Origin: Candidatus Zixiibacteriota bacterium | GTDB taxonomy: Bacteria > Zixibacteria > MSB-5A5 > UBA10806 > 4484-95 | Direction of reading: 5' to 3' | DNA length: 42,266 nucleotides | Assembly (NCBI GenBank): GCA_029932605.1 | Contig: JAOZPT010000016.1 | Location: 1 to 42,266 of the forward strand | Part shown: positions 27,434-38,640 of the stretch, one piece after another | Position numbering within the stretch: the first letter of the stretch is position 1 | Layout: each line of letters opens with the position of its first letter | Notes under the pieces: model-generated | What the model was told of the DNA's origin: nothing | Seen by the model: the letters and a program-made list of their open reading frames with translations, nothing else | The model's database searches: none | Translations under genes and position numbers: made by a program

Positions 27434-28334
27434 TATACCCTCTTACATACTCAGCCGAACTCATTGTTTTTTTAGCCTGGGGCTTTAAAACCAAAATTTC
27501 AAGAGCCCTCTGCCCACAAGCTATAACAAATCCTTTTTTAGGATCAGAATCGATTACAGAGCCAGCATCAACATTTACATCCTTATCAAATAGCGCCGCT
27601 TTCAAAAAAATTATTTTCTTGCCGTTGATAAAGCTATAAGCCCCGGGAACAGGAGAAAGGCCCCGGATAAGGTTTAATATCTTTTCAGCAGGTAAATTCC
27701 AATTAATGCGCCCAGTTTCCGGTGTTAATTTCGGGGCAGTTGTTGCACTTTCTGTTTCCTGAGGACGGGGTAATAAATCGTTTTTATCAATACTATCAAC
27801 CGTTTCAAGCAAAAGTTTAGCTCCCTCTATTGCCATTTTATCATGCAAACTGCCAAAATCATCCTCAGCATCAATTTTTACCTCGCGCTGTAAAAGAATA
27901 TCACCGGCATCAACTTTCCTCTTTAAGAGAAAGGTGGTCAGGCCTGTACGAGTCTCACCGTTTATAAGTGCCCAGTTTATGGGAGCCGCTCCCCTGTATT
28001 GTGGAAGCAACGATGCGTGAAGATTCACCGAACCAAAAGGAGGTAAATTAAAAACGACCTCAGGTAAAATCCTGAATGCCACTACCACATTAAGGTCGGG
28101 TTTAAGCTCCCTTAGACTATTCACAAAGTCCTTCGACTTCAAATTTTTAGGCTGTAAAAGCGGTAACCCAAGTTTTAAAGCTGCAACTTTTACAGCGGTA
28201 GGCTTAACCTTCCGGCCACGACCAGTTGGTTTATCAGGTGCTGTGACCACAGCCAAAATCTGATGTTCCGAATTATTCAAAAGCTTTAGTGACTCAACTG
28301 CAAATTCAGGAGATCCCATAAATATCAGCCGCAT
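27396..28334 (-). CDS. fmt: Methionyl-tRNA formyltransferase
   Basis: FMGSPEFA, NLHASLLPQYRGAAPI, DAGDI. Confidence 0.97.
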   Translation of the reverse strand: MRLIFMGSPEFAVESLKLLNNSEHQILAVVTAPDKPTGRGRKVKPTAVKVAALKLGLPLLQPKNLKSKDFVNSLRELKPDLNVVVAFRILPEVVFNLPPFGSVNLHASLLPQYRGAAPINWALINGETRTGLTTFLLKRKVDAGDILLQREVKIDAEDDFGSLHDKMAIEGAKLLLETVDSIDKNDLLPRPQETESATTAPKLTPETGRINWNLPAEKILNLIRGLSPVPGAYSFINGKKIIFLKAALFDKDVNVDAGSVIDSDPKKGFVIACGQRALEILVLKPQAKKTMSSAEYVRGYNVKVGDRFYSEC

Positions 28335-28846
28335 CAGACCTGTCTACCAGACTTAATTTTTTTCAATTTCCCTTTTAGCAACCCGAGTTGGGATTTAGAT
28401 AAGTAATCGATAATAAGCTTACCATTTAAATGGTCTATCTCATGGAGAAGCACCTTGGCAATAAGCCCTTTGCCCTCAATTGTTATCTCTTTCCCATCCC
28501 TGTCCAAACCCGAAACTGTTGCTTTTTCGGGTCTCGTTATCTCCTGGAAAAGACCAGGTAAAGATAAACATCCCTCCTCTTCGGTAAAAGAACCAGAAAA
28601 ATCAACAAGTTCAGGATTTATAATTACTATTGGTTCCTTAACCACATCAATATAAGACATATCTACTGCGAATATCCGTTTATTTATACCAATCTGATTA
28701 GCTGCCAACCCCAATCCCTTGGCATGTTTCATCGAGATCAACAATGTCTCAAGAAAATCCACTAAATTGCCATCAATGTTTTCAACATTATCTGATTTCT
28801 TCCGAAGAACCTCATCACCGTATATTCTTATAGGCAGTATCTTCAA
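28334..28846 (-). CDS. def: Peptide deformylase
   Basis: GLGLAANQIG, EGCLS, HEIDHLNG. Confidence 0.97.
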   Translation of the reverse strand: MKILPIRIYGDEVLRKKSDNVENIDGNLVDFLETLLISMKHAKGLGLAANQIGINKRIFAVDMSYIDVVKEPIVIINPELVDFSGSFTEEEGCLSLPGLFQEITRPEKATVSGLDRDGKEITIEGKGLIAKVLLHEIDHLNGKLIIDYLSKSQLGLLKGKLKKIKSGRQV

Positions 28847-29160
28847 TCTTTATCCACCTTGCCAGCAATGGAGCTTTTCAAAAACTCAATTTTCAAATCA
28901 TCTCCAAATTTCAAAATAACCTTATTTTCTTTATCATTTATACCCCAAACAGTTCCAAACATACCGCTGTTTGTGACAACTTTATCACCCTTCTTTAACA
29001 CCGAAAGCATTGCCTGATGTTGTTTTTGTTTTTTCTGTTGTGGTCGGATCATCAAAAAGTACATTATAAGAAATATTAAAAGAATCGGAACAAAGAAACT
29101 TAAAGGGCTTCCTCCTCCACCTCCTCCTCCGGGTTGCGCCATCGCTATAAAATGCATCAA
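28843..29160 (-). CDS. yajC: Preprotein translocase subunit YajC
   Basis: YFLMIRPQQKK, LKKGDKVVT; follows tgt. Confidence 0.95.
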   Translation of the reverse strand: MMHFIAMAQPGGGGGGGSPLSFFVPILLIFLIMYFLMIRPQQKKQKQHQAMLSVLKKGDKVVTNSGMFGTVWGINDKENKVILKFGDDLKIEFLKSSIAGKVDKD

Positions 29161-29355
29161 ATCACCAACCTCCTTTTTTTAAAATTAAAAACTAACTATT
29201 ATAATAACAACTTACTTTAATACACAAGCTTAAAAATAAAATACCTAATGTATCGTAACAACATATTGCTAATAAAAAACCTATATACCATCATCGACAA
29301 CAGTATCATATAAGAACTTGGTTATCTGTTACTTATCAACTTGATAGAAAAAATG

Positions 29356-30504
29356 CTAACACAAATTTTCCACTCCAGAGCTTAATTCCTTTAGTGTATT
29401 TTCCCTGAATTCCCGATACCTGTGTTTTGCAATTGCCTCTCTGATATCTCTCATAAGTTGCATATAGAAAAAGAGGTTATGAGCAGTAGTCAGACGCAAT
29501 CCCAGAATCTCGCCGAGCGATAAAAGATGACGAATATAGGCGCGGGTGAAACCCCTACAGGCTGGACAACCACATTGCGGATCGATCGGTCGAAAATCCT
29601 CTGCATAAACTGCCGCCTTAAGAGTCATTTTCCCCCTCCGCGTAAATATCGTGCCATTACGAGCATTTCTTGTGGGCATAACACAATCAAACATATCGAT
29701 ACCGTAATATACGGCATCAAGGATATCCTCTGGTGTACCAACCCCTAAAAGATGTCGGGGTTTATCATCAAGCAGAAGCGGAGCCATAAAATCAAGAATC
29801 CGAATTAAATCCTCCCTGGGTTCTCCAACCGAAAGGCCACCAATTGCCAGACCGGGAAAATCAATGTCAACTATTTTCTCAAGGCAATTCTGACGTAAAT
29901 CCTCATATATAGAACCCTGAATTATACCGAATAAAATCTGATTATCTGGGCTATCAGAATCGTTACCGGTTTCAACCCATTTTGATTTCGCCCTTTTAGC
30001 CCAGCTTAATGTCCTGTTGACATCATTGACCGCTTGACGATGTTCCATCGGGTATTCACTGCAAATATCTAAAGGCATCATGATATCAGCCCCAAGTTTG
30101 CGTTGTATCTCAATCACGTTTTCCGGGGTGAATATGTGCCTCGAACCATCAAGATGAGATTGAAATTCAACCCCCTGATCGGTAATTTTATTGAGTGCTT
30201 TTAAAGAAAAAACCTGATAACCACCGGAGTCCGTTAAAATCGACCTGGGCCACCCCGAAAATTTGTGTAATCCTCCGGCTCTGGCGATAAGGTCGGGACC
30301 CGGTCGAAGATACAGATGATAGGTGTTACCCAAAATTATCTCAACACCAAGCGCCATTAGCTCATCGGGAGATTGAGTTTTTACCGTGGCTTGCGTGCCG
30401 ACAGGCATGAATACCGGTGTCCGGACCTCACCGTGAGGAGTCTTTAATAACCCCCGTCGTGAAAAACCATCTTTGTCGATAACTTCAAATCTGAAAGTGC
30501 TTAT
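29356..30504 (-). CDS. tgt: tRNA-guanine(34) transglycosylase (apparent ATA start)
   Basis: TPHG..TPVFMPVGT, NTYHL, TDSGGYQ, GGLSVGE, DMFDCV, CxCxxC..H; conserved N-terminus extends 32 codons above the ATG at 30408, up to ATA at 30504. Confidence 0.93.
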   Translation of the reverse strand: MSTFRFEVIDKDGFSRRGLLKTPHGEVRTPVFMPVGTQATVKTQSPDELMALGVEIILGNTYHLYLRPGPDLIARAGGLHKFSGWPRSILTDSGGYQVFSLKALNKITDQGVEFQSHLDGSRHIFTPENVIEIQRKLGADIMMPLDICSEYPMEHRQAVNDVNRTLSWAKRAKSKWVETGNDSDSPDNQILFGIIQGSIYEDLRQNCLEKIVDIDFPGLAIGGLSVGEPREDLIRILDFMAPLLLDDKPRHLLGVGTPEDILDAVYYGIDMFDCVMPTRNARNGTIFTRRGKMTLKAAVYAEDFRPIDPQCGCPACRGFTRAYIRHLLSLGEILGLRLTTAHNLFFYMQLMRDIREAIAKHRYREFRENTLKELSSGVENLC

Positions 30505-31073
30505 TTCTCACTCCGAGTAAATCCATAATAGCCATGTAACACAGAGAGACCTGACCAATACTGCCGAGCATTCGTTCCATACACAAGAGGGTCAACCTTT
30601 TTAATATCAAGCCCACCACTTTCGTCAAGAACGGATTCATCCACATGAGTTGCCACTATCTCACCGATAAAAAGATGATGCGAGCCAAGCTCCAAGACTT
30701 TGCGAACCTGACACTCAAGGTTTATTGGCGATTGCTCAATTAAAGGCGGCTTGACCTTTTGTGCAGGTACAGGGGTAAGGCCGGTCTCCTTGAATTTGTC
30801 CACATTCTTACCCGAATGGTTACCGCAATAATCCACCGTCTTTACCAGCCTGGCTCCGGTGATATTAACGACAAATTCACCGCTGTCTCTTACTACATTA
30901 AACGAGTAACGGTTCTCCCGCATGGAAATGGATATCATGGGCGGTTGAGAACATACTATTCCACACCATGAAACAGTGATAATGTTGGGTTTGTTTTCTA
31001 ATTCACCGCAAGTAACCAGTACAGCTGGAAGCGGTACTAACATAGTATATGGGGCTATTTGTTTTTTTGTCAT
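30501..31073 (-). CDS. Flavin reductase family protein (DIM6/NTAB-like)
   Basis: PLPAVLVT, GEFVVN, CGNHSG..DKF, LECQV, GSHHLFIGEI. Confidence 0.92.
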   Translation of the reverse strand: MTKKQIAPYTMLVPLPAVLVTCGELENKPNIITVSWCGIVCSQPPMISISMRENRYSFNVVRDSGEFVVNITGARLVKTVDYCGNHSGKNVDKFKETGLTPVPAQKVKPPLIEQSPINLECQVRKVLELGSHHLFIGEIVATHVDESVLDESGGLDIKKVDPLVYGTNARQYWSGLSVLHGYYGFTRSEK

Positions 31074-32033
31074 TTATTGCTCTCCCGAGTTTTTTCCCAA
31101 ATATATATAACGTTCAATAAGCTTTACATAATCAGTCCAGCGCTTTCCAGGTCGCTTATTTTTGTTGACAACTTTCATAATCCCGCCAACCCGCGAATCC
31201 AGAAGGTCTGCTATATAAAGTACATTTGCCTCAAGTGTTTGAGGCAATACCGGTGAGGCTTGCTCATACGTCCCTTGATGTGATAGCACCAAGTGTCTTA
31301 TTAATTTCTTTTTCTCAACCGGAAAATCTCTCAAGCGGGCAATCTTGTTACAGATTAACCTGTCGCCGATGATGATATGCCCTAAAAGCCTGCCCTCATC
31401 GGTGTATTCGAAAAAATTACCTAAAGAATAAGTATCGATTTTACCGATGTCATGAAGTAAAGCCCCGGCAATCAATAGATCTTTGTCAAGTTGAGGATAT
31501 ATTTTGGCAATGGCCTGACAGAGATAAACGATATTCAGTGTATGCTCAGCAAGCCCTCCTATGTAACAATGATGCCAGAGTTTAGCCGCGGGGGCAAAAG
31601 AGAATTTACGACGAATTATGCCATCATTAAAAATCTCAAGTAAAAGAGCTTTATAATGTTTGTCACCGAGGGCATCGATTATCTCGTCGATCTCCCCAAT
31701 CATTTTCTGAGGCTCGCGAGGGCCTGTAGGTAAAAAATCAGACGGGTCATAGGCTCCACCAGCAACCGCTTGCATCGATGCTACTGTTATCTGTGGCATA
31801 TCCTTGAATGTTCCCACGGTTCCCTGTACCCTAACAATATTGCCCACTGATAAATTGTGCAAAAAATCCTCAACACCTTCCCAGCACACACCACTGATGC
31901 GACCCGTTCTGTCACCGAACTCCAGGCTTAAAAACCTTCGACCGTTGTAATCCTTGATTTCCAGTTTACGGATGACAAATTTATCATCCACTTTCCGGCC
32001 CGGTTCAAGCTGATTTACCCAGATATTTTTCAA
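31074..32033 (-). CDS. YhaM/Cbf1-like 3'-5' exoribonuclease (OB fold + HD domain)
   Basis: GDRTGRI OB fold, APAAKLWHH..GGLAEH, LLHDIGK, GRLLGH, SHQG. Confidence 0.9.
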   Translation of the reverse strand: MKNIWVNQLEPGRKVDDKFVIRKLEIKDYNGRRFLSLEFGDRTGRISGVCWEGVEDFLHNLSVGNIVRVQGTVGTFKDMPQITVASMQAVAGGAYDPSDFLPTGPREPQKMIGEIDEIIDALGDKHYKALLLEIFNDGIIRRKFSFAPAAKLWHHCYIGGLAEHTLNIVYLCQAIAKIYPQLDKDLLIAGALLHDIGKIDTYSLGNFFEYTDEGRLLGHIIIGDRLICNKIARLRDFPVEKKKLIRHLVLSHQGTYEQASPVLPQTLEANVLYIADLLDSRVGGIMKVVNKNKRPGKRWTDYVKLIERYIYLGKNSGEQ

Positions 32034-32153
32034 AAATATAACCCCAATCCTTCATACAAAACCTTACCCAAGATAACCAATTTGATTCAAATACGAAAGG
32101 TTTTTTAAAAATAAACACACATTTATTGACCATTAAAGATATTAACAAAGGGC

Positions 32154-32182
32154 TTGTTAAAAAGCAAGACTTCCGATATAAT
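32154..32182 (+). promoter_or_regulatory. sigma70-type promoter, leaderless lptF transcript
   Basis: TTGTTA-N17-TATAAT ending 8 nt before the ATG; no SD. Confidence 0.55.
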
Positions 32183-32190
32183 TCTAAACG

Positions 32191-33540
32191 ATGAAAATAC
32201 TCTGGAGATATATTATCAAGGAGATTTTCTGGCCGTTTCTGTTTGGCTTGGTAGTAGTAACGTTCGTCTTAATCATGGACTTCATCCTTGACATAATGAA
32301 TATGATTATCGTTAAAGGGCTTTCGGCACCGGTTATTCTCGAGGTTTTCGTTCTCAATTTAGCCTGGATGTTGGCCTTGTCAATCCCGATGGCCGTTTTA
32401 GTAGCAGCTTTGATGGGGTTCGGGCGGTTATCTGCCGACAGTGAAATCATTGCTCTAAAATCGTGTAAGGTGTCTTTTCTAAAACTCATAAAACCCGCCC
32501 TCCTAATAAGCCTTTTACTTACCATATTTTTAGTCTGGTTCAACGATCATGTCTTACCCGAAGCAAATCATCGAGCCAGACTTCTAATAACAGACATAAC
32601 TCGCAAGAAACCAGCCTGGAATTTAGAAGAAAATATCTTTTTAGACTACTTCAAAGGTTATCATATCCTTGTGAAATCAGTAGACAATAAAACCTCCAAA
32701 ATCTCAGACATCACAATATTCGAGCATAAAAACGCCAAGGCTCCCCGGACTATTACCGCCAAAAAAGGTGATATCAAATTCTCACCCGATGGTTCAAAGC
32801 TCATAATGAATTTATATGATGGCGAAATACACGAACCCGATCCCGACAGCCCTGAACGCTACAGACGGGTGGAATTTAAAAGGCAGGTTCTTACTATCGA
32901 GGGAGCCTCCTCAGAACTGGTGCGTTCAGCCTCAGGAACAAGAGGTGATAGGGAGATGCCAGTGAAAATGATGCTTGATGAAAACAAAAAATATCGCTTG
33001 AAAATCCAGAGGTCAGAAACCAAAATAGATAGCCTTTTAAGGAACGAGCTGGATAGATTATTATATATTTCACGAGATAGGTCAAAGTATGCAAGAACAT
33101 TTGACAGAAACATAATTGGCAAAGCTCCCTCAATAAGAATAAAAGATATTCTAAGCCGAATCGAATATGAAATGCGAAGCATCAAAACCTACAAACGACA
33201 GATTAACTCAAGGAACGTTGAGATCAATAAGAAATTCTCCATACCGGTAGCTTGTATTGCCTTCATGCTTTTAGGAGCACCTCTTGGCGTGATGACAAGA
33301 AAAGGTGGAATGGCCACCAGCTTGGGCCTATCATTATTTTTCTTCATCATCTACTGGGCTTTCCTGATCGGCGGTGAGGAGCTGGCCGACCGTATGTTCA
33401 TCTCTGGCGCTCTGGCGATGTGGCTCCCCAATATCATCATCGGCGGTACCGGAATCATCCTGATTTATCTCGTTATCAAATATTCCACCATAGAAGGTTT
33501 TGACATAATAAGAAAGATTCTACCAGGACCCCAAAAATGA
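32191..33540 (+). CDS. lptF: LPS export permease LptF
   Basis: 3+3 TM layout, GRLSADSEIIALK, KKFSIPVAC, AMWLPN. Confidence 0.9.
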   Translation: MKILWRYIIKEIFWPFLFGLVVVTFVLIMDFILDIMNMIIVKGLSAPVILEVFVLNLAWMLALSIPMAVLVAALMGFGRLSADSEIIALKSCKVSFLKLIKPALLISLLLTIFLVWFNDHVLPEANHRARLLITDITRKKPAWNLEENIFLDYFKGYHILVKSVDNKTSKISDITIFEHKNAKAPRTITAKKGDIKFSPDGSKLIMNLYDGEIHEPDPDSPERYRRVEFKRQVLTIEGASSELVRSASGTRGDREMPVKMMLDENKKYRLKIQRSETKIDSLLRNELDRLLYISRDRSKYARTFDRNIIGKAPSIRIKDILSRIEYEMRSIKTYKRQINSRNVEINKKFSIPVACIAFMLLGAPLGVMTRKGGMATSLGLSLFFFIIYWAFLIGGEELADRMFISGALAMWLPNIIIGGTGIILIYLVIKYSTIEGFDIIRKILPGPQK

Positions 33541-34616
33541 AATTGACGGATAAATATATCCTCGGGAAATTCCTCAAAATTCTGTGTTTCTCACTTGTAG
33601 CTTTCATCCTTATAGTAATAATCGTAGACCTAGTCGAAAACATCGACCGCTTCATCGACAATAAAGCCCCTTTAATACTTGTGGTCTCGTATTACCTGCA
33701 TTATGTTCCTTTTATCATCGTTCTGGCTCTACCCGTAGCAACTCTACTTTCAACAATGTTCACCATCGGCTCACTGGCAAAATATCACGAACTGGAGGTT
33801 ATGAAAGCTACCGGCATATCCCTTTACAGACTTATAACACCCCTTTTGGTCACCGGTTTTCTAATCTCTATTCTGTTGATAGCTTTTTCTGATTTAGTTG
33901 TTGTGCCCGCTAACTACAAAAAAGACCAGATAAAAAAAATGGGGATTGAGAAAAAGAAAGCCCCTGTTGGGATAACTAGGACAAATATAATAAAAGCAGG
34001 CCAAAACGGTTGGGTTTTATTTGCCCAAACATACAACGAAAAAGAGGATAGAGGCAACTTTGTAGTTATTAACAAAATTGAAAATAACCAAGTTAAAATC
34101 GCAATAAAAGCAGAAGCCATGATGTGGGCTGATTCGGGCTGGATTTTAACTAATGCAACAAAAAGGACCTTTGAAAAGAACCACGAGGTAGAGTTTATCG
34201 CCTATGATACGCTTTACGCAGGTTTTTTATCCCATACCCCAGCAATAATGAAACATAAATTAAAAAAAGCCCGCGATACACGTTTCTTTGAGCTACTCAA
34301 CAGAATAAAACTAAAGAAATCAATGGGGCAGGATACCGCTAAAGATAAAGTCGAACTCTATCTTAAAATTAGTTTTCCATTTATAAATTTTATAATAATC
34401 CTCCTGGGAATTCCTTTGGCTGCCAACCCACGTCGCTCCGGTGGTACTATTGGTTTCGGTTTAAGTATAATCATCAGCTTCATCTATTTTGTAATACTCA
34501 GGGCCGGACAATCTTTTGGCTACAACAATAAACTTCCACCCGCACTGGCGGCGACAATCGGCAACATAATCTTTTTAGCAGTTGGCTTGATAATGTTTTT
34601 CAAAACCCGAAAATAA
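33537..34616 (+). CDS. lptG: LPS export permease LptG
   Basis: ELEVMKATGISLYR, KISFPF, LPPALAA; ATGA overlap with lptF. Confidence 0.9.
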   Translation: MKLTDKYILGKFLKILCFSLVAFILIVIIVDLVENIDRFIDNKAPLILVVSYYLHYVPFIIVLALPVATLLSTMFTIGSLAKYHELEVMKATGISLYRLITPLLVTGFLISILLIAFSDLVVVPANYKKDQIKKMGIEKKKAPVGITRTNIIKAGQNGWVLFAQTYNEKEDRGNFVVINKIENNQVKIAIKAEAMMWADSGWILTNATKRTFEKNHEVEFIAYDTLYAGFLSHTPAIMKHKLKKARDTRFFELLNRIKLKKSMGQDTAKDKVELYLKISFPFINFIIILLGIPLAANPRRSGGTIGFGLSIIISFIYFVILRAGQSFGYNNKLPPALAATIGNIIFLAVGLIMFFKTRK

Positions 34617-34687
34617 GAAAGGTTCAGGAGCCACAATAATAAATTAAAACTTTAGTTGGACTACAAATTATAAATAATAGTATACGA

Positions 34688-34891
34688 TTATAACTTGTGA
34701 ACTTCAGTTGCCAGGGGACCTTTTGGCCCCTGGGTGAAATTATATTCAACCATCTGGCCCTGCACCAGCGTCTTATAACCCTCTTCTTTGATTACTGAAT
34801 AATGGACAAAAATATCACCATTGCCATCTTCACTAAGAATAAAACCAAAACCCTTTTTGTCATTAAACCATTTTACAACACCGGTTGGCAT
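34688..34891 (-). CDS. Cold-shock domain protein
   Basis: GVVKWFNDKKGFGFI, DIFVHYS, GPKGPLA; AGGAGG RBS. Confidence 0.96.
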   Translation of the reverse strand: MPTGVVKWFNDKKGFGFILSEDGNGDIFVHYSVIKEEGYKTLVQGQMVEYNFTQGPKGPLATEVHKL

Positions 34892-34937
34892 GAAAAAGAC
34901 CTCCTTGATAATCCGAAACGATATATTCCTAATATGG

Positions 34938-34963
34938 TCTTCGGTAAATTTGAGCAGGTCTTA
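34938..34963 (-). promoter_or_regulatory. Weak sigma28-like promoter
   Basis: TAAG-N14-ACCGAAGA. Confidence 0.3.
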
Positions 34964-35038
34964 AATCTAAAAATAAACCATTATATAGAAAAAAGCCACA
35001 ACTGAAACAATTGCAACCCAATAGAAATATTCACCTTT

Positions 35039-37461
<2,423 letters not shown>

Positions 37462-37652
37462 TTATCCTCCGTAGCATTTCACTCGTGTCAATTCCACATG
37501 CAAGTAGATTGAGACACTATTGGTGCAGAAAGTGATACTGCAAAAACCCAACAACCTTCCTTATCACTTGGACAGTTTAATAATTTAGAATGCTCAACGC
37601 AAGCTGAAACTGGAGAAGATACCCTTCAAACAGCCTTGCAGATAAATAATTA

Positions 37653-38627
37653 TCAATAATACCCTATTTCTGAACTGTCTCCCAGATTCAATTGTTTATA
37701 TACTCCGATCACAGAAGAGTTATTACCAACCAACGATGTCTCCAGAAGGCACTGTCTTACTTCTGCATGTGAGGAAATGATAGAGTCCTTAATTATGCTA
37801 TTCTCGATCACAGCCCCATCAGCCACACTGACATAAGGACCGATAACCGAATTTCTTACCTTTGCTGTAGATGAAATATAAACCGGTGGAATAACTATAA
37901 CATCATCATATTCATCTACGGTTTTAATTTGTGAAAGAAGATATCTGTTAGTGGCCAGAAGGGTATCTTTTTTACCGCAATCAAACCAACCATTAACATT
38001 GAATGTGGTAATCTTGCAGTTATGCTTCAACATCAAACCCAGAGCATCAGTAAGTTGGAACTCACCCCTGGTGGTAATATTTTTAGCCACCAGCTCCTCA
38101 AGACACCGTCCGAAAAGCTCCGTCGATTTAATATAATAAAGGCCAACTAATGCCTGGTTAGAGATTGGCACCTCAGGCTTTTCAATAAGCCTGGTAACAT
38201 ACTCGCCATTGGTCTCAACGATACCGAAACGACGTGGGTCGTCAACTATTTTCGTGCCTATAGTATCATATTTCGCCTTCAGCAGATCACTGATATCCAG
38301 ATCAAATATTGTATCACCCAGGGTTATCATTACCGGATCGCCAACAAAATGTTCTCGCGCAAGATATATTGCCCAGCCCAAACCCTTAGGTTCCTTCTGT
38401 TCAATAAAACTTGCCTTGATATTATAATTTTTAGAAATATAATCAATGATCATATCACCTAAAAAACCAACAATCACCACAACTTCTCTGATATCGTATG
38501 CTAATAACGCATCAATGATATGACCTAAAATAGGTTTACCGGCAACGTGAAGTAGGGTTTTGGGAGCAGTATGTGTATGAGGTCTGAGCCGGCTTCCCAT
38601 TCCCGCAGCAGGTATTATTGCTTTCAT
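37653..38627 (-). CDS. Sugar-phosphate nucleotidyltransferase (long-form glucose-1-phosphate thymidylyltransferase-like)
   Basis: AAGMGSRLRPHT..PK, LGD, EKP, GEFQLTDA, WFDCG; C-terminal hexapeptide repeats. Confidence 0.88.
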   Translation of the reverse strand: MKAIIPAAGMGSRLRPHTHTAPKTLLHVAGKPILGHIIDALLAYDIREVVVIVGFLGDMIIDYISKNYNIKASFIEQKEPKGLGWAIYLAREHFVGDPVMITLGDTIFDLDISDLLKAKYDTIGTKIVDDPRRFGIVETNGEYVTRLIEKPEVPISNQALVGLYYIKSTELFGRCLEELVAKNITTRGEFQLTDALGLMLKHNCKITTFNVNGWFDCGKKDTLLATNRYLLSQIKTVDEYDDVIVIPPVYISSTAKVRNSVIGPYVSVADGAVIENSIIKDSIISSHAEVRQCLLETSLVGNNSSVIGVYKQLNLGDSSEIGYY

Positions 38628-38640
38628 GATTGCTCCAGGG

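Noticed and set aside
29111..29131. GGA triplet repeat in yajC
   Set aside because: Encodes a poly-Gly linker of the kind common at YajC N-termini; in frame, so not phase variation
29334..29346. Palindrome TATCAA-C-TTGATA and DnaA-box-like words
   Set aside because: Single short AT-rich instance with no box cluster, so no support for an operator or origin
37462..37652. Canonical SAM-I, SAM-II or SAH riboswitch before metK
   Set aside because: Signature sequences (AUCxAGAG..GAGGGA..GCAACC, or GAGGAGCG..AGGCUC) not found; kept only as an unclassified leader
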